In this document: positions 12,767 through 24,852 of the stretch, one piece after another
Position numbering within the stretch: position 1 is the first letter of the stretch
Layout of the letters: every line of letters starts with the position of its first letter
Source of the DNA: Bilabrum cf. latius
Taxonomy: Eukaryota
Reading direction: 5' to 3'
Assembly: GCA_965178125.1 (NCBI GenBank)
Contig: OZ237741.1
Coordinates: 248,001-312,000, forward strand
Length of the DNA: 64,000 nucleotides
The notes under the pieces: model-generated
Seen by the model: the letters and a program-made list of their open reading frames with translations, nothing else
Told to the model about the DNA's origin: nothing
Databases searched by the model: none
Position numbers and translations under genes: made by a program

Positions 12767-15700
12767 ATGCATGCTGTGGTCTTGCTTGACGGCCGACTCG
12801 GAATCTGCCACACACAAGCCAGAAGTCCGTTCAGGTTTCGGGACAAGACAGAAAAGAATTCCGATCCCGAGATGATTCAGAGCAGATCTTAGGCTTTTTG
12901 TTTTGATGCGAGTAGGACACACGATGCAAAATAGAGCACGCCGGGAACGAAGCAGGAGCTGCCGAAACTTGCCACCGCGAGCATCGGCGATGCTGTTGAC
13001 ATGAATGCGCTGCCCGGCGTGCAGAAGCTCCGTGCCGCGGCATCGGTTGCACCACAACTCGCCGACAGATCCGTTTCTTCTAACCGGAATGGCGATTTCG
13101 TAAAGTCGTTGCTAGCTTCCCCCACTCGCGTTGCAAGCGTTCAGTTGCAGCTGCACACACCAGGCTCACGAGCTCGTCGGCGACGAACGAAGAAAGCGGA
13201 CAGCGTAACGGAATCCAAGAGAGCGCATGAATCCGATCATTTTGCAAGGGTCCAGGGCACGAGTACAAGGGTGTCTCGGCGCGAGCATGCGTTACAGGCA
13301 GCTCGCCAACGGTACGCTTCCCAGTCGTAGACTGTTCCTGCGACGTCAAGCATTTTTATGCCGAAGGAAAGCCAAGCTGTAACATCTGATCAGTTGACGT
13401 CATCTCTGCACCTCTCAGGGGCGCACTTAGCGCACACTGGAGGTCGCTCGTCCGGGCATGGTCGCACGCCCGCGCACGGCGACAACCTGCCTGATCGGCT
13501 CAGGCTCGGCAGCCAGGTATCTCCCCACCATGAAACAAGCGCGCCTGAGTTGTAGCAACTGGGATATCCAGGAGAAGGGTTTGTAGACGATCAACCTGAT
13601 TCGGCCGAACCGACAGCTGGGGGTGTCTTCCGGTTCGGCGGCGCCGCTGATCACCACCATGCGCTGCACCAGGACAGCGGGATCGGACATGGCTGGCTCG
13701 GCGGCCACATGGCCTCATCTCTCGATTCCCTGCCCAGGTCTATGGTGGGGGGGGATGCGGAACCAACCAGCACTCGCGGCGCCGCGCACATCAAGGCTCC
13801 CACCCCGCTCGGTGCTGCACGGGCCTCGCACACGGCGCCGGGCGGAAGCGCTTTGTTATCCACGGGCTCGGGCACAGGTGCTGCACGGGCCTCGCACACG
13901 GCGCCGGGCGGAAGCGCTTTGTTATCCACGGGCTCGGGCACAGGTGCTGCACGGGCCTCGCACACGGCGCCGGGCGGAAGCGCTTTGTTATCCACGGGCT
14001 CGGGCACAGGTGCTGCACGGGCCTCGCACACGGCGCCGGGCGGAAGCGCTTTGTTATCCACGGGCTCGGGCACAGGCGCGCGCGCAAGTGAAAGCCAGCG
14101 AAGCGCCACCGCGGGGTCAGGCTTTGTGGGTGCTCCAGGCGCCTCGCAATCCGCGGGTGGATCGTAGACTCGGGTTGGTTTCGGATCCATGGCCAACTCC
14201 ACCAGGCCCTCTGCAACGGACCCGCACGGACATCTCCTCGGGCCGTCTGTGCCTCGCTCTGTGTTCTCGTCGCCTTCTTCTTCCACCATTGGTAGGGCGG
14301 TGGGTGTGGTATCCTCTGGTGGAAGCCAAGGGGGTCCCAGCGATCCAATGCACCAGTAGCGCCACCAAAAGCAGCAGCAGCAGCAGCAATAGTAGCAGCA
14401 GCAGCAGCAACAGCTTTTGCCTCCTGGTGCGCTCGCCACACTGCACCGAGCTGTGGATAGCGCCAATTCCGGAAGGGTATTCCTGCCCTCGCAGCCCAGC
14501 AACAGGCGAGCTGGGGATGTGACCGGCCGGGCCTCCGCACATGCAGGCAGCAGCATGCACCCGTCTGCCTCCGATGGCTCACTCGTCTTTGTGCCCTCCA
14601 AGGTGACCGTGGGACTCGGCGGCAAGCACGGCAAGAAACGGCACAGGAGACGAAAGAATGCGGGCTCTCTCTTGGATCAAAATGCCGGCAGCCCGCTGGG
14701 ACGCCGGCGCCACCGTGGAATGGGGGCTGGGTACTCGCAACAGTGCCAGAGCACGCCAGCACTTGCAGCTCAAGCTTCAAACGCAGCAACAGGCCAGCAG
14801 CAGGCCGTACGCTCTGTTGCTGCTGCCAAGTCCAGGAACCAGGGTAAGCTGCATCGTGAGCATGCACCCCCGAACGCCCACGCCAGGACGGCGGATGGCA
14901 GGCGGAGGGTGGACGCAATAGGACTGCATGCGGGGCCCAGCACCAGCCAACAGTAGCTCGCCCAGCTTAAGCAAGCAGTTCCGCTCGGGAGCCCCATGCG
15001 GCTCGGCCGACCCGCGGGTGGGTTTCCTATCACGCCGACCGGTGGTTCACCAGCCGACCCTGTGGTGGCGGTGTCATACGGTAAACTGCACGGCGCTGGT
15101 GGTGGGAGCAGCAGGAAACCTACCAATCGAGCTGCCACACGGACTATCGACACGTCCGACAGAACGAATGACATGACCGCGCAGCAGTCATCAAAGAGTC
15201 CCTTCGGTGCTGGATGGACCGGACTGCGACGGCCCGCACCATCGCGAGGCAGTCCGACTGCAGCCAAGCTGCAATACGTTCCCGCTGATGGGCTCGATGC
15301 CAGCTCTCGCCAAGCCGGAGCGGCACCCTCTTCTGCATCGCAGAGCTCGATTCGTGACGGGCGCTACGGGCCCGTGCCCACGTCTAGGGACGGTGGGGGT
15401 GATGGTTTGCTGCTGCACGAAGCGCAGAGTCGAGGCGGTGTTGGGCACGGCGGGCTCGGGCAGGTGGAGCTACAGGGCAGCCGCAGTGTGATAGAGGGGG
15501 GCGCATAGCAGAATGAGGAAACGTCTGCGGTGGAATACGCAGCAGAGCAATTCGAATCGGCCGAGAGCGTGTTCGATCGAGAGGAGAAGGCAGCGGAGCG
15601 CAGCGGCGTGGAGGGTGGGCAGAGCAAAGACGCAGTGGACCTGCTGCACCCTTCCGGTGCCACAACGGGAAGGAGTGCCAGCAGACACAGCATCAGTGGT

Positions 15701-18700
15701 GGGGGCTCTCGCCGGAGTGCCTTCCGCCCTGGCCCTTCGATCGATAGCACCTCTTCGGTGCTGAGCGGAGACGCGGCAAGCGAAGCAGCCAGTGCTGGTG
15801 GCAGGGGACAGCCGTGGGCAAACGGACTGGGGCATCCCTCAGTCGATAGTCTGCCGGTCGAGAGCCCACAGCCAGGCAAGTACGCAGTGGAGAAAACCGC
15901 TCCGAGCAGAGAGCCAAAGCAGCCGTCAAAGCGGAGATCCAAGCCAAAACCATCCAAGCTGCGCACACCCCATGCTGCGAGCGAGGCCAACGATGTGCCC
16001 GATCCAAAGACGCCGTGGGGAGCCGGCTAGCACGCCACCAGCGCCAAGGTGGTCAAAGGCGGTGGTTTTCAGCTGCAACGAGGCGCATCGAACGGCCAGC
16101 TGGCCGACTAGGCAGGCCTGGTGGTAAAAGGGTCACGGTCGGCTGGCAGCGAACAGTCACCCGGAGTCGAACCGGGGAGTGGTTCCCCCAAAGGCATCAA
16201 CTCATTGGCACAAGGATCTAGAGCAAGCTTCGATTCAATCCCAGTGCCTGCAGAGGACCAAGAGGGTCGAAGTTCTAGCAAACGAGCCGGTATGGAGTCG
16301 ATGCAGACAGCGGGCGGTGGAGCTGCGTCTGGGGTGATCGTCTCAGGGGATCAGCACGATCAAGACAGCAGCAACGCCAATGGTGCATGTTCTGAAGCAG
16401 CGGGAGTGGCGGGACCCAGGGAACGGAATGAGACTCTTCAGCGAGACAGCAACTTGTCCATGGGCCAAGATTCTCTCATCTCCACGAATGGCGGCCAGGA
16501 GAGTCGCATCCACGCAACAGAGTCACTGTCTCCTCGAGCGGTCGGTGCCGCTGCGCTAGTAAACGGGGAAGGGCGAGGCACTGATGAGGAGTCAAGCCTG
16601 TTCGAAGGCAGCCCAGGATAGACCGGAACAGTGCTAGGGCAGGGTGGCAGCAGCACGCCAAAGGGCAGCGTGGCGTTCCTTGACGACGGCTTCGCCAGGG
16701 TGGAACCTTCCTCTCCCGCTGGAGCCTCGATGGCGACCTTTGGGCAGGCAGGTCGCAGGTGGTCCGTCGGAACCATGGGCTCGACGCGGTCGGGAGGCAG
16801 CAAAGAGGGCTTGGCCAGTCCTGCGCGGCAGGGTGCTGGGTTTCCTGGGGAAGAACGTACAGGTGAATCGACTGCCACTGCTGCCAGTGGTGAGCATCGT
16901 GCGGCCGCACAGAAAGTAAACACCGAGTCGGCCTCGAGGCAGAGGCCGAGGTCTCGGTCAGCCGTGAAGCGAGCGAGGGCAGAGGCAACCAGGAGGCAGA
17001 AAGCCGATGTGCCAGTGCCAGCAATGGCGGACAGGAGGATCTTCCGTCCCAGCGGCGGGCTTGGAATCACATTTAAGCGCACGTCAAAGCCTCGTCTATA
17101 GGATGTTAGCTCGGACGCGGGACTGCAGAGCAGCGCTGGCACCGGCTTGGGATCTGGGTAGCCCGTGCTGCTTTCGCCACAGGAAGCCGCTCGGCGCTCC
17201 ATGATTCGCACGCGGCAGGAGCTGCGTGGAGGCGGGGCAGCACTCCGGATGCTCACCCGCGGCACCCAGCAAGGAGGCGCTGGATCGAATGCCACCCATG
17301 CGCCGATGAGCAGCCCCATGCGAGTGCCAGGGAAGGGCGACCTGCCGTCTCCACGGACTGCTGGGGAGTCGCTCAGGCGAGTGGCCGCCGGGATGGGCGC
17401 TCCATCGATCGCCGCCATGATCCTCACCGAGGATAGCGGCGATGCAGCTCACGCGGGTAGTGGCGCCCGCTCGAGGCCTGCGACTATCCTTTCTGAGGAA
17501 GACGCAGCCCGCGCGCGAGGAGCTGCCAACGGGCCCGTCACGCAGAGCTCGATGAAGAGGCGACCCCAACCTCTCCCGGCGATAGGCGCAGCGAAGCATA
17601 AACCGGTCCACGCAGCGACTGGAGGTCATAAAACGGCCGCATCGCACCAGGACATCAGCAGCTCCAGTCCCGCCGCCACAAGCGGGCGAGGGTCTGCCTC
17701 TTCAGCCCAATCCAAGCCATGCAAGCAGTCTGTCGGGGACAGCCGAGGAGCTTATCATGAAAACCACGACGAAGGGCGCGACCGGTCGCAGTCTCCCGTT
17801 CGTCTCACTGTAGCGCGCATGTCGCCGACACCGTCTGAGGTTGACGAGGACGGCCAGCCCTCGCCCACTGCATCCGCCATGTCAGCGAGTCCATCGGCGT
17901 GGAGGCGCAGCACGCGGCCGGGCTCTGCCAGTGGATAGACTCAGCCTGCTTCCCTTGTGGAAGGCGGGTCATCGTCAGCCTCCATCGGGGCTCACGTGAC
18001 CGACAGGAGCAAGGACAAAAAAGCTGGCATTGCGTCAGATTTGGCCGATGGAAATGGCTCAACACGGGCGGTGGCAAAGCAGAGCAGCGGCTGCATCTAG
18101 GCTGTCTCACCCCGCAAAGGAAACGAAAGACTTCCTGCCAACCAGGCGGCGGTGGGCGATCCCACCATTCGAGCGGCAGTGGAACGACCTAGGCACCAGA
18201 TCAAGCACCTGCCAAACGTGCTGCTGGGAGCCAGCAGCCCCAGCCAGCACGAGGTCAGACAAGGGGGCCCGCTGTATAGCAAGAGGCATGATAGGGGCAC
18301 GCATGCGGCAGTACGCCCTATGCAGCCTCTCGGAGGCGGCTGGCCGGGGCGGATGGTGGCAGACAAGGGCATGCCACAGGGGCATCAGCACGACTAGACT
18401 GCACACATCGCGGCAAGTGGGCGCACGGCCTCCAATGCTAGAAAACCGAAGTCGATAGCCAAGCTCAAGACAGATGCAGAGACAAGACACAATGACGGCG
18501 CACCTGCAGTGACCGTCAGCTTGCTGTCCAACGCGAGCATGTCAATACCATCGATGCAGCCGACTGGCCCTCTCGGCGCGCCTGCTCGAGCCACGATGGC
18601 ACCCGACGCCATCAAGCACCAAGGGAGATTGCCTCTAAAGCAGAGCAGCTCTGCATAGAGAGCATCGCCCGGCATGCCTGGCACGGAGCAAGCAGCCTCA

Positions 18701-19609
18701 TGGGGTCCAGAGGAGGCAGACCCAGGCGAGGCAGGAGCCTCCACAGAGGTCATCGTTGCGGCCATGGTCCCGCTGGGAGACGGCCCTATTCTAAGAGCCT
18801 CGCCCACCCAATCATTGTCGCTTCGCTAGCCGGCTGGTTCCTCTGGGTACGCACCTCCCGCTGGTCTGGGGCAGTTCTCATACTAGGGACCGAGAATCGC
18901 GCCCACGCTGGAGCGGCCTCACCCACAGCAAGCCTCTTTCACGAGCGACGGCGGCGGGGACTTTGCTGCAGGCGACAGTAGCAGCAGCAGCAGCCAGGTG
19001 CACGGGTATGAGGCGCTCGTGCAGGCCATGAGCTCAAGGCCAGTGCTGGTGCACACTCGGCCCAGTCTCGTTGGGTCTACGACAAGAGGGCGAGGCGCAG
19101 TAGAACGAAAAGGGCAGGGCAACAAAAAAGGTGAAGAAAAGGGAGAATCATCGCAGTCCAAGTCGCCCAAGCCAACAAGGCGGCAGGTGCACGCCCAGTC
19201 CCACGGCAAGACGCAGTCCTCGGTTGCTAGGGCCCGGTCCAGGAAGCTGGCCGAGCACGCGGCGCAGGCCCGGGAGGAGGCTAAGGCCACAGGGGTTGCG
19301 CACAGCGAGGATGCCCTCATCGACTTGAGGCCGCAGTCGAGAGCACTGCGAAGCCGGGGGGCGAGCAGGTCGAGTAGAGGCGCGGGCCATGGGGGTCGCG
19401 GACGGGCGTCTAGCAAGGGAACCGGAGGCGACGCGTTGCTGCACGAAGAGCCGTCGGCTGGCATGGCGGGCTTCAGGGATTCCATCTACTCCGACGGGAG
19501 CTCGGTCTTGGGCGCGATCGCCGGGCTGGGTGGGCAGGGGGGCGGCACGATCAGTTTGGTTGACGATGGGGCCAGCGGGGTGCTGTCCAGTGCCGATCCA
19601 CATGTGTGA
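12767..19609 (+). CDS. Large single-exon low-complexity (Ser/Gly/Ala/Arg) hypothetical protein, about 2,200-2,280 aa
   Basis: ORFs 13001, 13358, 13709, 14417, 14996, 15530, 16121, 16631, 17165, 18152 and 18998 share one frame. The gaps contain only TAG (about 21 in total). Ends in TGA. Start uncertain (12767, 12872 or 13001). Confidence 0.75.
13811..14074 (+). repeat. Four identical 66-bp tandem repeats (GAARASHTAPGGSALLSTGSGT x4)
   Basis: Units start at 13811, 13877, 13943 and 14009. There are no spacers, and the unit length is a multiple of 3. Confidence 0.95.
14372..14413 (+). repeat. Poly-Gln tract (CAG)5 CAA TAG TAG (CAG)4 CAA CAG
   Basis: Read directly, in frame with the 12767-19609 ORF. 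Confidence 0.9.
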
Positions 19610-19782
19610 CGAGTGGCTGTGCCGAGCCCCGCGTGTGTGGATCTGGATAGTCTATGGAGCGAGGGCAAGGTAGTGCTCAAGCAGAGAGTGCGTGACGGTT
19701 GCAATATCGATGTGATTATACTTCACAACGACCCCATCCAGTCTAGACACCGGGCGTCTCAACTCTGCACCCGGCGATCCAA

Positions 19783-21704
19783 TCAGAGCTGCAGCGTCGC
19801 ACCCACCGAGGCAATCCCATTGAACAAGAACGTGTTGTTGATCGGAAAGAACTGGTGCGTGATCACCTTGATGGCCTCCTGCGAGGCAGTGGCACCAACG
19901 ATGGCCGCGATCGCGTGAGGCTCGCAAGCCCCATACCTCGTGATTTCCACCGCATGGTCCTTCGTGTACCCGCCACCCTCCACCTCCTTCATCCCCAATC
20001 GCTCCGCGATGGGCCCCGCCAGCGCGTGGACCTCCTCCGCGTCCTTCTCCAGAGCGGCGTCCTCCATGCCGGGGAAGTGTCCGTGCGCAGCCTGGAACTC
20101 GTCCGCCGCTCTCAGCACGCAGTACCACAGCGCGGGCATCTGCGGCCTGAGCTCCTCCTCCGTGTCCCAAATACTCTCCTCTGTCGACTCCTTAGCTACC
20201 TCCACGTCTTCCTCCTCCGCTGACAGCTCTTGCGCGATACTCCGGGTCCGCAGCACCCGGATGTCCCTCACATTCTTCAGGAACCTGGAGGTCAGCTCAC
20301 CGTCGAAGTCTTCAAGCTTGCGGCCCGCCTTGGCCAATGCCGCGCCCAGGTGCGCCTCGAAGGCCGCCCTGTCCTCCGCGTGCTTTCCACCGTACACCTT
20401 TTGCAGCGCGATGTAATTCGCGGTGCTGCTGTGCATGTCGGGCAGCTCACCGGTGATAGGCAGCCTGCTGCCCCCGCCCTCGCCGCCGACAAACTCGCGC
20501 AGAGCACGGACCAGGAACCAGAAATCCTTGCAGCCGGGCTTGGCCAGGGCCTCGTCCGACGCAGCCGCGTCTTCCATGACCTCTTTAGTTTCATAGCCCA
20601 CGCCAACCGGGCTGAGCGCCTGGTAGTACACGGTGGAGGCCTGGGCCACGTTCTCCTAGTCATAGCTGAGGCTAAGCCCCTGCAGAGACTTGAGGAACTG
20701 GGCCTTTCCTTCCCTGTCTTTCGGCAGCTCGCCGCCGTTTGCCTTCTCCCACTGCTGCCTGGCGTGCACCAGCAGCGCCGGCCAGGGCACGTGCATGAAC
20801 GCCATGCTCGCCTCGCCCTCCTCCCCTGCCTCCAGCTCTTCCTGCGCTGCGGCGCGCAGCTCCTCGATTTTGAGCGACGCAACAAATTCGTCGAGGGCGG
20901 GGAAGCTCTCGTGCACCCTGAGGTCGATCTTGTGGCCTTCCGGGTGGGATTCGATCGACTCGTGCTCCGGCAGCTGCACGCGCACGCTGCCCAGCAAGCC
21001 GTACGACCGAGCCGCAATGAGGGGGGTTCCTCGTGCCCAGAGCAAGGCTCCGAGCGTCTGGAGGGCCTTGGATGGGAGCTGGGCGGCAATCACGAGGCTG
21101 AAGGAATCGAAGAACGCTGGCTCGGATCCGATCAGCGCGACTGGGTCTGCCTCCTTCCAGTCGCCCTTGACGTCAGGATTCAATTCTACCAAGTTTTCAA
21201 GAGTTGCCTGCGACGTAATGGGGCGAGTATTGTGCTGGAACTACCATTTTACGCGCACGCATGCAAGCGTCTCGGTCACCGACACTCGGACAAAACATCC
21301 CAAGCACCACGTCACGCACGATCTCACTTTCGCTCTGGACTAGCCGATCTGCTCCTTTGTAACAAAAAAGTTATTCCCGATGTCCGAGGCAGTCACCTTT
21401 TCGCCATCGACGATAGTGACATGACCACACCCAGGCAAGACAAGGTTCTTCAGTGTCTCAGTTCCCGTGGGTCCAGCGTGAAGCAGACAAATCTTGCTCT
21501 CCATCAATGCTTTCTGCGGGACTTCACACATCGGCGAATGTAGCAAAGCGAGCACCTAGAGCCGGATGAGCGCTTTGTACCACGACTAAGATCGTGCGTC
21601 TCTCTTACCTGACCATGGGCTTTCCACAGGCGCTTCTGTCTGTCGTACTTATCATCGGTAATACCTTTGGGCGCATCTCCACCACCTGCGCCGGATGCTG
21701 CCAT
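19783..21704 (-). CDS. NAE1: NEDD8-activating enzyme E1 regulatory subunit (APPBP1/Ula1/AXR1)
   Basis: [97 protein letters not shown]. Introns 21608-21514 and 21327-21208. TAGs at 21340 and 20656. Ends in TGA. Confidence 0.93.
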
Positions 21705-21842
21705 CTCCAATCTTGCTGCAATGCCACCGAGAACGCCCCCCAGCAGACTAATCATGCTTGCGAAAAAGCACGCAACAACAATCTCAGGTGCAACTCCGGT
21801 CTAACGCCTCACCAAGGTTCGCATACCGGCGGATCGTTCACC

Positions 21843-23049
21843 ATGAGCGAAAGTGGGTCATCCTAGGCCCCGATTGCGGCCGCAAGTGGCGCGGGGGGAG
21901 AAGGTGAAGCACCTGCTGGGGCATCGTCGAGTTCATCCGCGGCCTCGGCTAGCTCCAGCAGTGCCCCGCAAGGCGCAATGGCACACGTAGCTCTATCTGA
22001 GAGAAGAAAAATTCAACTCGAGAAGGACAGAGCCGCAGCCGAGAAAGTTGGAATATCTCCCGTAGCAAGCGAGCCCTTCTCGTACGGGAGCACAGGAGAA
22101 CCAGACTCACCAGAGCTCTATTTGGTCATGCACAATATAGCAAAGCAACGAAACATTGGGAACATGATTCGCAGCGCTGTGGCCTTTGGTGTGAAGGAGC
22201 TGATCGTGGTTTCAAGGACGAGCTCTCTCAACATGCCATCATTTGGAGCCCAAGGGTCTCGACGCTTCCTGAACATTCGAAGGTTTGAGAGAATGGATGA
22301 AGCCAAGGAATGGATGGTAGCAAACGGTGAGTACGAGTACGTCAGCAGAATACCAGCGCGCTGTGTATTGGAGCGGCAGCAGCACACGCGAGCCTCTTTT
22401 CTCACCGCCCCCAGCACCTTGCTAGGCGTACCGCTTCCATCTGCTCGCAGACATTGCCCTCATCGGAATTGAAATCATGGCCGAAGCAAAGACGGTACAG
22501 TCCCACCCGTTCCGGCGCAAGACGGCTCTCATCGCCGGGAACGAAGGCGACGGGCTGACAGACAAGGTCAAGGAGCTTTGCGACGGTTTCGTGTACATCG
22601 AGCAGTACGGCCACGGGATCCACTGCCTCAACGTGAACGTCAGCACCGCCATCGTGCTCCACCAGTTCGGCGTGTGGGCGGGCTTCAAGGCCCAGGCGAT
22701 GGACCCGGACAGGGACAAGTTCGTGGTGCAGGACAAGCCAGACCCCAAGAGCACGCCGCTCACCGAGGCGCAGCTGGCGCTCAGGGCCAAGAGGCAGGCC
22801 AAGAAGAGGGCGAGGGCGGAGGCAGAGGCGATGGCGGCTGCGGGAGGGGATGGCGCCGGGGCGGCGAAGGGGGGTGCGGGGGATGGTGCGGTGGCATCAA
22901 CCGACGGTGGTGGTGGGTCAGATGGTGCCCCGGCCGAAAAAAGAGGCAGAACGAGTGCAGAAAGCAGCTCTGGCAGCGCATCAGGCAGCTCTGCTGCTGC
23001 CGGACCCAGCCCAAGTGCTGCCATGAGCGATGGTCCCGTTGAGACCTGA
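21843..23049 (+). CDS. SpoU/TrmH-family RNA 2'-O-methyltransferase
   Basis: HNIAKQRNIGNMIRSAVAFG, AGNEGDGL, YIEQYG..CLNVNVS. Intron 22327-22450. TAG at 21864 if the start is 21843 (alternative ATG 21978). Ends in TGA. Confidence 0.88.
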
Positions 23050-23233
23050 AAATTTACGCCAGGATGCTTCTGACTGCAACCACAACATACAAGGCGTCTG
23101 CTTTGCCAATGAACATTCAGAACGCCGAAGGTATAGACCCAACATATACATTAAACTCATTGCGCCCATTCAATTCTGCGATTCGGAATTTCCACGCCTG
23201 TCGCACATTGCAGCCACATTCGAAAGCAACGAA

Positions 23234-24316
23234 ATGAATCGATTTCGGACGATAGTCCTTGGGTCTAGTTTATATCGATTGTCTCTTGGGAGAGCGCACG
23301 TCGCGACTTCTGCTCATTCACGCAGAACAGGAGCTGTGTTCGACATAGACGGAGTGGTTCTGAGGGGAAAGAACGTATTACCCGGTGCGAGAGAAGGTCT
23401 GAGGCTACTACAGGCAAAAAATATTCCATATGTATTCCTAACGAACGGGGGCGGTGTATTGGAGGCCAAGAAGGCAGCCGAGCTGTCCAGCTACTTGGGC
23501 ATGTCGGTCGTCGGAGAGCAGGTCATTTGCAGCCACTCGCCATTTCAGGTCGAAGCATAGCGGTACAAAAACGACCGTGTCCTCGTGCTTGGCTGCAGGG
23601 ACGTTGCGAACGTCGCGAGAACGTACGGTTTCCGCCGCCCGGTTACTCCTGCCATGCTGGCGGCTGACGAGCCGAGCCGCTACCCGTTTTTCGATTGGCA
23701 GCGCCAGACGTTGCCAGATCGCAACGAACCAATCAAGGCAGTATTTATCATGCATGACCCCGTACACTGGGCCGTGGATCTTCAGGTAACTCTAGATGCG
23801 ATTCGAGGAGGCACCCCGATGGGAGCAGGCCGCAAGCAGGCCATTCCCGTGTACGCGAGCAACCCCGACGCCGTGTTTGCGGGCGTGTACCCTGTGCCCC
23901 GGCTGGCCTGCGGGGCCTTTCAGTCCTGCTTGGCGCATCTGTTCAAAGAGCTGACTGGGCACGAGCTGCAGCTGACCAGGGTGGGGAAACCGCTGAAGAG
24001 AACATTCGATTTTGCTGAGCGAACCCTAGAGCGCTGGGCGAGCGGAGCAGGTGCTTCCGACAAGCGCCACGGGGATGGGTCAGCGGGATTTAGCAGCATT
24101 TTCATGGTAGGGGACAATCCGAAGGCTGACATCCGTGGGGCCAACATGGCGGGCGGGCCGTGGCACAGCGTTCTCGTCCGCACCGGGGTCTTCTCCGGGC
24201 CTCCTGGCTCGAACGATGCGGCGGATCCGGCCGAGCACGTGGTGGAGGGTATTGGGGAAGCGTGCGAGATAATTGTGGAGCATGCCGATGCAATGAAGCA
24301 AGATACAATACGCTAA
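23234..24316 (+). CDS. HAD-superfamily class IIA hydrolase (HDHD5/CECR5-like), probable mitochondrial presequence
   Basis: FDIDGVV, FLTNGGG, SHSPF, SNPD, GKP, MVGDNPKADIRGAN, LVRTGV. The two ORFs join through TAG 23558. Ends in TAA. Confidence 0.9.
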
Positions 24317-24852
24317 TTCTCAAGCATCTTGTGCGGCCATCTAGCGCAATCCACTGTTCAGATTGCGAGAGGTGCTACGTGGACGTTGCGCCATCCTTGG
24401 GCACAACTAGAGCCAGATCGAATACTCACTTACATGAAAACTGTATCAACGCAAATTGGACTGTGCATACATGCGCAAATTCAGGACAGGTGCGATCAGC
24501 TTGGGGTTGCTGAAACGCCTCCTCCGCCGCTGTCTGCGTGCAGGCCAGCCCACCAAGCCAGCCAGCACCGTCCTGTTCCCGAAATTGCCATCCATACGCG
24601 CCACAATGAGAACGCCAACCCGTCCGACGACTTACCAGTCCAGTCGGTTGTTCGCCGGTCCTCAATGCAGCTGCAGTCTCCCCGATTGGAAGCACATCCT
24701 CTGCCTACCATGCCTGCCTCTCGTCACCACCCCCTGGTGCATCTAGATCCCAGATTCCAGCACAAAGCTACGTCTCCTCCGAGACTGTGGCTGGGCTCCG
24801 CACACCGCCTTCGACTCGATGCACCCCCTACGACTCTCTTCCTCCTCTCCCC

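Noticed and set aside
13811-14074. CRISPR array, or iteron/DnaA-box origin (TTATCCACG in each unit)
   Set aside because: The units are contiguous with no spacers, are 3n long and lie in frame in a eukaryotic CDS. No cas or rep genes are present, so the DnaA-box likeness is incidental.
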